64,000 nt of DNA from the human T2T-CHM13v2.0 reference genome, Homo sapiens: NCBI RefSeq assembly GCF_009914755.1, contig NC_060928.1; one strand, written 5' to 3'. The translations under genes were made by a program, and so were the position numbers. The number at the start of each line of letters is the position of its first letter. Position 1 is the first letter of the stretch. Shown in pieces: positions 1 through 14,267 of this stretch. The notes below the pieces were generated by a model. The model made no database searches, was not told the origin of the DNA, and saw nothing but the letters and a program-made list of their open reading frames with translations.

Positions 1-795
1 TAGAGGTGAGGGGTGTGTGCATGTGTGTTCTAGAGGTGAAGGGGGTGTGTGTGCGTGCGCTCTAGAGGTGAGGGGTGTGTGTATTCTAGAGGTGAGGGGT
101 GTGTGTGTTCTAGAAGTGAGGGGTGTGTGTGTTCTGGAGGTGAGATGTGTGTGTGTGTGTTCTAGAGGTGAGGGGTGCGTGCATGTGTTCTAGAGGTGTG
201 TGTGTATCTGTGTTCTAGAGGTGAGGGGTGTGTGTGTGTAGTCTAGAGGTGACAGGTGTGTGTGTGTGGTCTATAGGTGAGGGATGTGTGTGTGGTCTAG
301 AGGTGAGGGATGTGTGTGTGGTCTAGAGGTGAGGGGTGTGTGTGTTCTAGAGGTGAGGGGGTGTATGTGTATTCTAGAGCTGAGGAGAGTGTGTGTTCTA
401 GAGATGAGGTGTGTATGTGTGTTCTAGAGGTGAGGGGTGTGTGTGTGTTCTGGAGTTGAGGGGTGTGTGTTCTAGAGGTGAGATGTGTGTGTTCTAGAGA
501 TGATGGGTGTGTGTGTTCTAGAAGTGAGAGGTGTGTGTGTTCTAGAGGTAAGGGATGTGTGTGTGTGTGTTCTAGAGGTGAGTTGTGTGTGTGTTCTAGA
601 GGTGAGATGTGTGTGTGTTTGTTCTAGAGGTGAGGGGTGTGTGTGTGTAGTCTAGAGGTGACAGGTGTGTGTGTGTGGTCTATAGGTGAGGGATGTGTGT
701 GTGGTCTAGAGGTGAGGGATGTATGTGTGGTCTAGAGGTGAGAGGTGTGTGTGAGTGTGAAGGAGGGTGGAGAGGTATCCCTCTAGAAGTGAGGG
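1..795. repeat. Minisatellite/VNTR in BST1 intron 1, unit TCTAGAGGTGAGGGG(TG)n, ~22-32 bp, roughly 27 units, truncated by window start
   Basis: Directly visible tandem units, each with a TCTAGA core, GGTGAG and a variable TG tract; a ~120-bp block is repeated at ~211-332 and ~620-742. Confidence 0.97.
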
Positions 796-1074
796 TGGGG
801 TAGAGGTGAACTGGGTAACAGCCCATTGCCACCCAGCAGATGTTTAGTCTGAATACTCAGAACCCAGAATGTGATCTCAGGTTGGAATTCCTTGAGTCCA
901 GTCCTTCCAGAATTCAAATTTCAGATCCCCTAAATCTGGAGGATTTCTGAAGTTTGGGTCTTTCTTGCCAGTGCTGCATTTCTTACTGATTTTTGTTCCT
1001 TCTGTGGCCCCCCTTTTCTTATGTTTGTGATGTCTCTTTCTTGTGCTGATCATTTTTATTGTCGCACATTTCAG

Positions 1075-1119
1075 GCAAATAAGAAACAGCAGAGAACCAC
1101 CTGTGTTACACACCACCCA
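1075..1119 (+). CDS. BST1: BST1 alternative cassette exon 1b (45 nt, adds QIRNSREPPVLHTTQ)
   Basis: Pyrimidine-rich acceptor ...cacatttcag|G, donor CA|gtatga, exactly 45 nt, phase 2-2 and open in frame with exon 2; size matches the reported primate-specific exon 1b as recalled. Confidence 0.85.
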
Positions 1120-1669
1120 GTATGAGAAACAAAGTTACAAATGCTATGGGAAATATTTTTTGAAAACTAGCATGGACCTCAAGAGGGGCTTGCACTGGAG
1201 GGTGCACCTGCTTTGCCAGAGGTGGAAGCCTTTTGCAGCATTGGGCCTCCCTCCTAACACTACACATCCTGCTGGCTGGCCTGGCCTCACCTGGTCCCCG
1301 AGCTCCACACTGGAACTGGACAATGAGACTGGCCCCACCGTTAGGTCTAAATGAAGAGGCACCTGCTGTATAGTTGACTGAATTTGTCACCTCCTGCTCG
1401 GTGCCATTTCTGCTTGTCTCCGTGAGCCTGGGGCAAGGCTGTATTCCTTAGTTCTGAGAAATCTGTGCAGTGCCTTCAGAGAGACAATTCCAGTGTCAGA
1501 TTTCTGAATCTGTCACCTAAGCCATGACAATTCGTTGTCTTTTTTGTAAGCCTACTTCTGCAGTTACTATATGAAAAATCTCTTGTAAAGCTCTTAGACA
1601 AATGGGCATACTTCACAACACATTATGATGTGCATGTGTGTGTTCTTCCCAACTTGTACTTTTGCACAG

Positions 1670-1796
1670 GAACAAGAACTGCACAGCCATCTGGGAAGCC
1701 TTTAAAGTGGCGCTGGACAAGGATCCCTGCTCCGTGCTGCCCTCAGACTATGACCTTTTTATTAACTTGTCCAGGCACTCTATTCCCAGAGATAAG
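1670..1796 (+). CDS. BST1: BST1/CD157 exon 2 ((R)NKNCTAIWEAFKVALDKDPCSVLPSDYDLFINLSRHSIPRDK)
   Basis: tttgcacag|G acceptor, AAG|gtaaca donor, 127 nt; translation matches recalled human CD157. Confidence 0.98.
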
Positions 1797-1967
1797 GTAA
1801 CACCACAACCATCTTGGGTAAAACTGTGTTCTCTGTCTCTACAGAAATGGATGGTGCATGGGCCAGGTTGACATTAGCTGTCCCCTGCATCCTGCAATGT
1901 CACAGAAACATCAGGCAGCACACATAATGTGTGTGCTGAGCTCTCTGTGGGAAGCTAGCTTTGTTTC

Positions 1968-2341
1968 TGTATTAGTCCGTTGTCACATTGCTATAAAGAA
2001 ATGCCTGAGACTGGGTAATTTACAAAGAAAAGAGGTTTAACTGGTTCACAGTTCCACAGGCTGTACAGGAAGAATGGCAACATCTACTTCTGGGAGGCCT
2101 CTGGGAGCTTTTACTTCAGCAGAAGGCAAAGTGGGAGCAGGTGTCTTACATGGCACGAGCAGGACCAAGGGCAGAGGGAGGTGCCACAGGCTTGTAAACA
2201 ACTGGATCTTCTGAGAACTCCCTCAGGAGAACAGCAGCAAAGGGGGAAATCCACCCCCATAATCCAATCACCTCACACCAGGCCCCACCTCCAACATAGG
2301 GGATTACAATTTTACAAGAGACACAAATCCAAATCATATCA
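1968..2341 (-). mobile_element. MaLR solo LTR (MSTA/MSTB-like)
   Basis: tgtattagtcc...catatca termini, gagactgggtaattt motif, 5-bp TSD gtttc on both sides. Confidence 0.85.
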
Positions 2342-3665
2342 GTTTCCAATAGTGATTCTAGATCTCCCGCTGGTTGTGGGCAGAAGAAAATTTCCTAAGT
2401 TAGCAAGTTAGTGTGAGAATCAACATGAGGACATCAGGACATGGCCATACCTGTCACACTGGGCCTCCACATCTGGCCAGTTCTAAATAACCTTCATCCT
2501 AACTGGCCCAATGGCCTGAACCTTGAGTAATTCAGAAAACTCTCAATCTCAGTATCCTCCCGGGAGACCAGTCTCTCCATTTAACGGGTCTTAAGATTAT
2601 ATTTATTTAGTACCAGTTTATTTAAGAAAACCACATATCTATATTCTGTATACACTCTCAGGTCTAATAAAATGAAAATAATGAGAAAATTTCCATAAAA
2701 CCCTTGCTTAAAACAATACCTCAAGTTTAAGGAATGCTAGACACCATTTTTGTTTCTGTGACATAAACATTGTTAACCTGATTTTTTCCATTGTGTGTTA
2801 TTTGTAAAGGCAAGTAAATGGAACTGTGAGGTTCAAAGATAGAATAGACTGAAAACATGATTTTTGAGTATATGCTGTCTTTTGAACCTTGCTGCCCTCC
2901 TGTCACTAAAAGTGGGGAAGCTGACTTTTTAACCTTCTGTTTCATAGATTCGGTGCTAGTTGATGAACTCAGTAAATACTTCCGGGGCTATTTGTTTGCC
3001 AGTCATTGGTGCTAAGGGTTAAGGATGTAACAGTGAAAAACAGCCCTCACCCTTGGGGACCTTCTAGTCTAAATATAAACTGATTGGACTACTGAGGGTC
3101 AGATGAAATAGTGACTGGGGGATTTGTGTTATTGTTATATAAAAACACTATGGTGGAAACTATAAAGTATAATATAAAAGCAATGTGTTTTTGAGGCACT
3201 TGACACTTTAGGAAGTGCTTTTTGTGACTGCTTATTATCCTGGCCACAGCTCTGGAAGAAGAGAAAGGGCTCATGCTCTGCATTTTCCAGAAGTAGAAAC
3301 TGAGAAACAGGGAGATTGCATGCCTTGCTCAAGATTACATATCTAATACATGACAGAGCCAGGATTCCAGCCCAGTTCCCTTGATCATTTTTAATGTAGG
3401 GGATCTTACCACATGCACGTATATTTAGTACTAGTGAGAAAATATTCCATTAACATTTGCATGATACCCTGGGAATAAAGGGAGGAGAGATGCTAGCAGT
3501 CTTTGAATGAATAAATAAAGACAACGAAAAAGAACGTTCAGTTGTTGTGCAGCAGGTCAGAGTTGAATGAGAACTGGATTGCCCAACTTGCCTTGATGAT
3601 ATTGTGCCTGAGGAGTCGGTTTTGATTCTGTTTTGTATTTTGATGTTTTGTTTGTCTTTCCTTAG

Positions 3666-3801
3666 TCCCTGTTCTGGGAAAATAGCCACCTCCTTGTTAA
3701 CAGCTTTGCAGACAACACCCGTCATTTTATGCCCCTGAGCGATGTTCTGTATGGCAGGGTTGCAGATTTCTTGAGCTGGTGTCGACAGAAAAATGACTCT
3801 G
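3666..3801 (+). CDS. BST1: BST1 exon 3 (SLFWENSHLLVNSFADNTRHFMPLSDVLYGRVADFLSWCRQKNDS(G))
   Basis: ctttccttag|TCC acceptor, G|gtaaga donor, 136 nt; PLSDVL corresponds to the CD38 TLEDTL signature. Confidence 0.98.
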
Positions 3802-3989
3802 GTAAGACTCCTGCACAAATCACAGGAGACTTAAGAACTCCTATTTACTATGCATTACCATTTGTGCTAAATGCTTTCATATGCATTTATTTCACTTGAT
3901 CCTCTCCAAGTCCTCTGAGATAAGTGGCAAGAATAGTTAATAATAACAATACTAGAGAATACTTAACTTTGCAGGTGCCAGTCTAAGCA

Positions 3990-4036
<47 letters not shown>

Positions 4037-4100
4037 CACATATATATATACACATATATATACATATCTATACATATCTATATCTATATATACACACATA
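3990..4100. repeat. Compound microsatellite (CT)n(TA)n with CATA/TATC variants
   Basis: Directly visible. Confidence 0.95.
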
Positions 4101-4759
4101 CTCATTTGATGCCCACAACAACCTCATGGGATCCTATCATAATCCCCATTTTGATAAATGAGGAAACTGAGGCACAGCAAGATTAAGAAATCTGCTCAGG
4201 GGGCATAGCTAGTAAGCAGCAGACAGTCTGACTCCAGAGCCCATTTTCTCAACTTTGCACAACTCTGCCTTACTATCCTCATTTGTCCAGAGGGGGAAGC
4301 TGAGGCTTAGGGAGGTTAAATGACTGGAAGTGGTAAGGCTGGGTCTCAGTCCTGTCCTGATGGATTCTGAAGCCTGTGCTCTGTAACACCACTCCAGGCC
4401 GCCGGCAGATATTTCGAGATCCAAGTCACAAGGAAAGTTAGAGTCACAAGAGCTGGCCTGAATGTTCTGCAAACACTCCTCATTCATCCAACTGTGGTGC
4501 TAGGAGCTGGAGACACAGCAGTCCCCATCTTCAGGGAGGTTATAGCCTCATGGGGGATATCAGCTCGAGTGATATGGGCTATAATGCAGGAAAAATGGTG
4601 TTCGAGGAGTAGCAGAGTGAGACACCAGCCTCCACCAGATCATCAGGGAAGCTTCAGAAGGGAGGCTAGCAAGGAAAGGAGGTTAGGGAGTGTTTCCATT
4701 ATGAAGACTGGAGATCCTTCCTGGGTATCAGAGTTACTTCAAAAGTTAACCTAATATCA

Positions 4760-5055
4760 GGCCGGGCATGGTAGCTCACGCTTGTAATCCTAGCACTTTG
4801 GGAGGCCGAGGTGGGTGGATCATTTGAGGTCACGAGTTCGAGATTAGCCTGGCCAACATGAAGAAATCCCAACTCTACTAAAAATACAAAAAAATTAGCC
4901 AGGTATGGTGGTGCATGCCTGTAATCACAGCTACTCGGGAGGCTGAGGCAGGAGAATCCCTCGAACCCTGGAGAAGGAGGTTGCACTGAGGCGAGATCAT
5001 ACCACTGCACTCCAGCCTGGATGACAGAGTGAGACTCGGCACACACAAAAAAAAG
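4760..5055 (+). mobile_element. Alu (AluS-like), full length
   Basis: ggccgggc start, two arms, A tail, TSD agttaacctaatatca at 4744 and 5056. Confidence 0.95.
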
Positions 5056-6149
5056 AGTTAACCTAATATCAGTTCTGTTTATTTCTCCTCCATTCATTTG
5101 TCCATCAAACTAAAATTTATAGTGTCTACTATGTGCCAGACCCTCATCTTCTAGACAGTAGGAAAACAGCAGAGAATAAAACATGAAATTAATACCCCAT
5201 GCTTACATTATAGGAGGGCAGATAAGACAATAAACAGGCAAGTGAAATATACAGACTGCCTTAAGATTATAAGGGCTATGGAGAAAATTAAAACAGGTAA
5301 TAAGGACAAAAAAGATTGAGGGTGGAGGGCCAGGGAAAGGAAAGTGTTGCATTTTTACCTAGATGCCGAGGGAAAACCTCACTGATAAGCTGATATTTGA
5401 ACAAGGACCTGAAGGAGATGAGAAAGAGCATTTTCTGATGGGAGAACAGCAATTGCAAAGGCCCTGAGGTGGGAGCGTGTGTGACATATTTAACAGCAAA
5501 GAGGACAGTGGGCAAAGAGGAAAGTGTGAGCTATGAGGCTAGAGGAATAAAGGAGGGCCAGGTGGCACAGGATGTTGTGAGGCCTCTGCTTTTCACTGTG
5601 AGTGAGATGGGCAGCATTGCAGGTTCCACGTCAAATGGACACAGCCATTCTTTCAATGGAGAACTTCCAGGAAGCTTTTGTTTGATGATGCTGCAGAGGG
5701 TGGGGAGAAGGAGGGGAGGAATGTGATGAAAAACACATAAAGAAAGGGAGAGCCTTCCAGAAAACCACCAGTTATTTCTTCTTCACCTCGCTGCCCTTTT
5801 CTATCTATGCCCTCCTATCAGGGCTCTTTGTTTCAGAAAGAAGTGAAGTCCAGCAGTTCAGGTCAGCTAAATAACCATATGTGTATGTCATGGAATCCTG
5901 TGGGGCCAGCAGCAATGGTGATGGGGTTTTTTATTTATTGACCCAGAAAGGGGCATGTTTTTAAGCAAAAAATAAATTTACATAACCCTGTGATTGGTAT
6001 GAGGCTATTCAAATAAAAACACATATACACAATACATCTATGTAAATAAACACAGAAAAAAGTCAAGAAAATAGCAAAGCCAAACCATTGACAGCAGCTC
6101 TTTTTTATTTTATTTATTTATTTATTTATATTTTAAAATCATTATTATT

Positions 6150-6430
6150 TTTTGAGGCAGCGTCTCACTCTGCCACCCGGGCTGTAATGCAGTGGTGTGA
6201 TCCTAGCTCATTGCAGCCTTGAACTCCTGTGCTCAAGCGATCCTCTTGCCTCAGCCTCTTAAGTAGCTGGACTACAGGCACACACCACCACACTAGGCTG
6301 TTTTTAAAATTATTTTTGTAGACACATGGTCTTGCCATGTTGCCCAGGCTGGTCTTGAACTCCTGACTTCAAATAATCCTCCTGCCTCAGCCTCCCAAAG
6401 CACTGGCATTACAGGCCACAGTACCTGGCC
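6150..6430 (-). mobile_element. AluJ-like element
   Basis: Diverged antisense Alu with (ttta)n tail. Confidence 0.85.
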
Positions 6431-6439
6431 TTGGTGCTT

Positions 6440-7320
<881 letters not shown>

Positions 7321-7969
7321 TTAATATCAGTTTTTGCTAGGAATATGAGGTCAACTTGTAGATTAGAAATTTTTTTTCTTTATAGAGTATATGATAAGTA
7401 CATCCCACATCCCATTGATCTGCTAGGGTCTTTAGTCTGTCCTTAAACATTGTAAAATGTAATACATTTTAACATTTTATATATTTTTCAATTGTATAAA
7501 ATTTCTGTTTCTGGCTAAGCATTATCACTTTCTTAATCCTTTTTTTCCTTGCATTTACTACTAAGATAATGGCTAACAATTTAATTTTTGGAGACGGCTC
7601 TTCTCCCAATAAAGCAAAGGTTTTTGTTGTTGTTGTTTGTGGGTTTTTAAACATTGTTGAGAAATAACCCAGCTAATACACTGATGCTCAGTGGTCAGCT
7701 AGACTCACTCACTAGCCAGCTATTTAGTTCTCTGCCTTCCTCACATTTGTGATGAGCAAAATGACCAACATCTTTAGTATCATGGACAAGGTGGTCCCTC
7801 ACCAGGCTCCTTGTGGATTGAGTGGGAAGAACTGTGGATGTTAAACTTGTACACATTGTACAGAATGGAAGCTAAGTATACATCATGGAACTGGGATATA
7901 TTGTAAGTTAATTCTTCTCTGAGATAGATAATCTTTGGAATAAAATGTGTTTGTCTACTTACCCCTTAG

Positions 7970-8052
7970 GACTCGATTACCAATCCTGCCCTACATCAGA
8001 AGACTGTGAAAATAATCCTGTGGATTCCTTTTGGAAAAGGGCATCCATCCAG
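7970..8052 (+). CDS. BST1: BST1 exon 4 ((G)LDYQSCPTSEDCENNPVDSFWKRASIQ)
   Basis: ccccttag|GA acceptor, CAG|gtaatg donor, 83 nt, phase consistent. Confidence 0.98.
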
Positions 8053-9368
8053 GTAATGCTGGGATGATATCTGAGTGGTTGAGCATGTGTGGGACCCATA
8101 GAGATGGAACATAGTCATTCAGAGTCTGGGCCCCAGGTCATCACTCAACTTCTCTGAGCCTCACTTTCCACTTTTACCACATCATGATTCATGCTCTTTG
8201 CTATATAAAGTTGTGAGAATTTAAGGGAATAAAATACTTAATGCAGTGCCTGGCACGGAGAAAACATTCTGTAAATGTTAGCTATACATGAGGGTTTTAA
8301 TTAGTCATTATTATTTCCATTATGTCCTGGTTATCATTAGTATTTCAAATCAATGATTTTGATTGCTACATAAAATGGGGCAACTCCTGCTTTATGGAAG
8401 ACCCTAGGATGCTGGAGATCAATTTGTGGGGATCAGAAATGTCCACAAGACTAATATTAATGGGAGAGGAACTGATAGGAGATGGAGGATAAGCTGGAGA
8501 CACAGAAATGGTCCCCTGAAGGTAGGTCTGTTTCCCAGAGAATGATGTCACCAGAGTTGATGACAGCTATCTGTAGCTATAACATGCCAGTGACTACAGC
8601 TGACACTCTCTGTCATGAGAATTAGAATAGAGATTACAAATAAAGAGGGTTAAGTTCTTAGTTCAGTGCCTGGCAAAGAGCTGTTGACTATAAAACATTA
8701 GCTAGGTTGACCAGGTGGATGTCAGGCCACTTCCACCCACCACCGCCAACCCCCTTTCAGGACTATCCATGTCTTTTTCAGTCCCATCTTCTACCCTAGA
8801 TCCTCAGGTATCCACTAGGTTGATTGTTAGTCAGGGTGAGAAGGACCTTGGCCAAATCCTCCATGGTGGCTGCAGTTTGGAGCTAAGCAGGGGGTCCCTC
8901 CCAGATAAAACATATTCTGTTTATTATTGTGCTCTGCTGCCCACCCCAAGAGAGCACCATTTGCTCCCACTACCTGTAGGTTTCATCTTGAGCACAGACT
9001 CCAGTCAGTTGGCAGTGGCTGCCAGGGCCCCTCATTGAGAACTGGGAGGCTACAGAGATGTCATCATCTGAAAGTGGGATCAAACAGTAACTCAGGGGAG
9101 ATGTCAACATTACATGTAAAGGAACCATGTATTTTACCCAGTGGATCTGCCAGACTTCCAAGAGTGTGCTACAAACCACCGCCTTATACTTCCTCCAATT
9201 CTATAATGGAAATCTCATACTAGTGCCCACATTTTTTGAGAACTTGGCATTTGCTCTGTAGTCGAAGCAAGAGGAGAGGTAGTGTGGTATAGTGATGGGA
9301 AACAGATTTGAACTTTAGCAGACAAGTATTCAATAAATGTTAGCAGTCATTATTTTAAATATTTTCAT

Positions 9369-9646
9369 CTTTTTTTTTTTTTTTTTTTTTGAGACAGAGT
9401 CTCGCTCTGTCGATCTTGGCTCACTGCAACCTCTGCCTCCCGAGTTCAAGTGATTCTCCTGCCTCAGCCTCCCGAGTAGCTGGGACTACAGGCGTGTGCC
9501 ACCATGCCCAGCTAATTTTTGTATTTTCAGTAGAGACAGGGTTTCACCATATTGGCCAGGATGGTCTTGAACTCCTGACCTCATAATCCACCCGCCTCAG
9601 CCTCCCAAAGTGCTAGGATTACAGGCGTGAGCCACTGTGCCTGGCC
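9369..9646 (-). mobile_element. Alu (AluS-like, small internal deletion)
   Basis: Poly-T followed by antisense Alu. Confidence 0.9.
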
Positions 9647-9786
9647 AAATAGTTTCATCTTTATGACAATTCTGTGAGGCAGAGACTTTTAACACCCTTA
9701 TTTTACAGATAATAAAGTAAGGTACAGAGAGGTCAAGAAGCTTTACCAGGATTATGGAACTGACAAGTAGGGGAGCTAGGATTTGA

Positions 9787-10163
<377 letters not shown>

Positions 10164-11447
10164 ACTCTGCACACATTTTTTTTTTAATATTTTTTTCTTT
10201 TTGTCAGTGTAATAGCTGCTCATAATAGTGAATGACACATATAGAAAATATAAATTAATCACCCACATTCCTGCCACCTAAAGGCAACCCGTTTAGCATA
10301 GTGGTGATCAGGTATTGGCATTTAAGAATTTAACTATGACTGTTAGCACTATTTGGAAGCAATCTATGACATGGAGTGTATTGTTTGGTATTGTGTATCA
10401 CTTTGCTAGGGAGTGAATCCAGCCACCTATACGTCAGTGCCACATATTTCACCTCTACACCTCCTTCATTCTAGTATAAACATTTTATGAGGGAAATTAC
10501 ATGCTCCAGTAGTATTCTCAAGTGGAGATTTTGGAATTTCTGTGGACCTGTCTCACCCTTGGGAATTCCTGGACTTCAGCCCATGTATTTTTCACACAGT
10601 AGAGCCCATGCCCCTCAAATGACTGTTGCATTTTGCTTTGAAAGCAAATACTTCCTATGCTATTGCAAATACTTTGTATACAGACTTTTACTAATGGCTG
10701 GTTAAGATTTCAGACCCTTAAGTATCATAGTTTACTTACCATTCCCTTGTTGTTGAGTATTCTGTATTAGTTACAATATTTCAGTATTATGAGGAATTGC
10801 TGCACTATACATCTCTGTGCACAGTGCTCCTGGTAGTCCTTAGTGCTGTTTGCCAAATATTTCTGGCTTGTCTTCTGAGCCCACGGTTTGCACTCCCTGC
10901 CTCATGAAATTATTTACACGTGACTTACACTGGCCAATCAGTTGCGAGCGGGAGTGTGACTTTTGGGTGGAAGCCTTTAAGAAGTGGTCTATGATTTGTC
11001 ACTGTCTCCTCCCTTTCCTGGCAATCAGATATTTTGCAGATGTGTCCCAGAATGAGGACACTTGAAACAAAACCCCAGTGGGCCTGTGATAAACATGTAG
11101 TGTGAGCATGATATAAATCATTGTTGTTTAAAGCCACTGCAGTTTCGAGGTTCTTTGCTAAGGGAGCATAAGCTAGTTTATTCCAGCTGATAAGATACTG
11201 TGTATTTTCTATTATCTTCTTAGGGTAGATTCCCAGACATGGATTACTGAGTCTATGAGTTTTTTGACATTTCAAGGCAATTTGCTTTCCAAAATAAACC
11301 AGTTTGCATTTCTACTAAGCCATATGAAATGCCACATTTATCATATCCTTGCCATTATTTAGAACTGACAATTTGTAAAAAATGCACATTTCATAGCAGA
11401 AAAATGTCACGTCTTTATTTGCTAAAAATACTTGGTTCTTCTCGTAG

Positions 11448-11524
11448 TATTCCAAGGATAGTTCTGGGGTGATCCACGTCATGCTGAATGGTTCAGAGCC
11501 AACAGGAGCCTATCCCATCAAAGG
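11448..11524 (+). CDS. BST1: BST1 exon 5 (YSKDSSGVIHVMLNGSEPTGAYPIK(G))
   Basis: ttctcgtag|TAT acceptor, GG|gtaaga donor, 77 nt; VMLNGS motif of ADP-ribosyl cyclases. Confidence 0.98.
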
Positions 11525-11869
11525 GTAAGAACACCAGCACATTCAAACACAAGAGAGAATGCCAAAATATTTATTTAATTGTTTTAAATAGAGGCTAAAG
11601 AAAATTATCCTAGTCCCCATCTCATGCGTGCTTCTGTAAATTCAGGTAAAGCAAAACAGATGAATGACCTGGTGATCAGAGCCATGTCTATAGAGTTAAA
11701 CCATTAACAGCTGATGAATACAGGAATAAAAAGTAACCTAAAAATAAAAGCTAAAGAAGAAAAACTTCTAAAAGCTCTTTATTTTTTTTTAAGAAAGGTA
11801 ATGTGTAAATTAACAACTGAAATGGAAAAGATATCATATTGCTTTAGGGCTTCAAGAAATGTTTCTCAG

Positions 11870-11962
11870 TTTTTTTGCAGATTATGAAATTCCAAACCTC
11901 CAGAAGGAAAAAATTACACGAATCGAGATCTGGGTTATGCATGAAATTGGGGGACCCAATGT
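11870..11962 (+). CDS. BST1: BST1 exon 6 ((G)FFADYEIPNLQKEKITRIEIWVMHEIGGPN(V))
   Basis: gtttctcag|T acceptor, GT|gtaagt donor, 93 nt; the Glu in YEIPNL aligns with CD38 catalytic E226. Confidence 0.97.
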
Positions 11963-12801
11963 GTAAGTTATGGTGATATTGATGATGATAATTGCACAAG
12001 TTTGTTTTTCTTGTATATAATATGATAAAGTTCGTTTAACATTTTCAGTTTAGGGGAAATGACAGCCTTCTTTGCTTCTAATGGGGTTGGTAGAGAAAGA
12101 CAAAAGCTTGACTTTCTGGGAATGCCACTAGCCAGTCCCGAGCCCAGAGAGAAAGCCTCCTTTATCTGGGATATTCTTCTCAGCCAGCGAAGACAGTGTT
12201 CCTTTCTGAATGACCTTGGTAGCTTTGGATGGGTGAGTTCCTTATGCATTTGTGAGGGTCTAAGCCAGTTTCTCCTTCTGGTCATTTGAAATTCAAAAGC
12301 CCTCACCACTGGTTCTCAGAATTAACCTAGGGACTCTATAATTAAGACGTCATTCTCAGAGAACAACCAGCTCTTCAACTGGGTCTTGAATAACTGGTTG
12401 AGAAAGCTTTTATGATCCACATTTTCTGGGAAAGCACGAGTTTACATGTAAATGCAAACTTAAACTCATTCTTCTCAGCAGTAAAGAGCACTGCTGGCAC
12501 AAACTCAAGATAAAAAAGTTAAACTGATTTGGTTTAAAGACAAGCCAACAAGGCCACAGCCTAAATAAAGCTGGACAGCCATGATGGAGCTTCAGAAGCA
12601 AGCTGAGGCCTTGTCCTTCAGAACAGTCCCTCCGTGCTACATGGAGGAAGGTATTACTAACCCCAAGGAGTGCAGGTCCCATTGAAAGTGTTTAGGAGAA
12701 CTTCAGTGAATTCCCTGTGTCCGTGTTGGCCCCCAGGACCTTCTAAGACTCACCATATAAGGGGTTATTTTTCCCGTGTCTTAGGCAATAGATTGTGATA
12801 A

Positions 12802-13246
<445 letters not shown>

Positions 13247-13819
13247 TAGTTATTTTAACAACACGTTCACTTATCTCTGTGTCCAGGTGTCCTGCAGCCT
13301 AGATGTCGTTGCTTACTAAAAAGAAATTCTAAGTAGTGAGCCTGGCCCCGAGTAAGGCATTTTCCCGGGTATTGGCAAAGTTCTAAAAAATGATGTTATT
13401 CAACACTGTGCTTTCTTCATTCCTATAATGCCTGGAATTCCACTTCTGTAAAAATTTCCAATTGCTCATTTCCTCCCTGTACACTCCCCCTCTATTAATT
13501 TTATGGTGGTGAGGCTGTTTACCATCCCATTTCATGTAAACTCAGGGTCCTGCCTGTAATATACCGTGCCTAATAACCACAGCTGGTGGTGTTGTGTATC
13601 TACCTCTGTTTGCGTTTGTAAATTCTCCCTGCTTAATTGTGACCATTAGTGAAAGTGGGCAAGAATCACTGTTGGTACGAGTGTGGGAAATTGCCACTCT
13701 CATACTTTATCAGGGTGTAATTTGGCTGTTCCTATAAAAGCCTTAAAATGGATTCAAATCTTTGATGCTAGAAAACCTACTTTCATGAATTTATGCCAAG
13801 GGAACAAATAATTAATAAT

Positions 13820-14267
13820 GTGTAGGAAAATGAAGTTCCAATTAGTGACTGGGCTGGTGGCATGGGAGGTAAGAATTTACCAAGACAGTTGTAGGTAAAG
13901 AAAGATAGATTTATTAGAGAAAGTATGAAAATATGTTGCAAGGATGCAACTGGCAGGTCAGCAAGAGACTAGCTGACTGCATGGAGACAAAGGCTTACTG
14001 GGCATTTTGCAGAATGGTGCTTGTGCTGTGTACTGAAGAGCACTTGTGCAGTTCTGATAATGCCAAGGTTGCAGTGAGCTAACTTGCCTTTTTCTATCAG
14101 CTGAGCGTCTGGTGATAGGTGGGCATGGGAAGGTTGTGAGTTATTTGTGCAGGAAGCCTATGTGTCCTGGACCATGAAGAAGGTAGACTTATAGCTTATC
14201 TGCTTTGTCTTTTTGCTTTACCCTGCTCCTGCCAGCCTGGCTCCTTTTTCCTAATTAGGACTCCACA
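13820..14267 (-). mobile_element. Probable solo LTR (ERVL-type), family not certain
   Basis: Minus strand begins tgtggagtcctaattagg..., with an internal AATAAA. Confidence 0.5.

Noticed and set aside
1-795. CRISPR-like repeat-spacer appearance
   Set aside because: The spacers are simple TG tracts rather than unique sequences, the DNA is a human intron, and there are no cas genes
1043-1354. 103-aa ORF as a stand-alone gene
   Set aside because: Only 1075-1119 is splice-bounded; the rest has no recognisable homology and the start codon is not ATG
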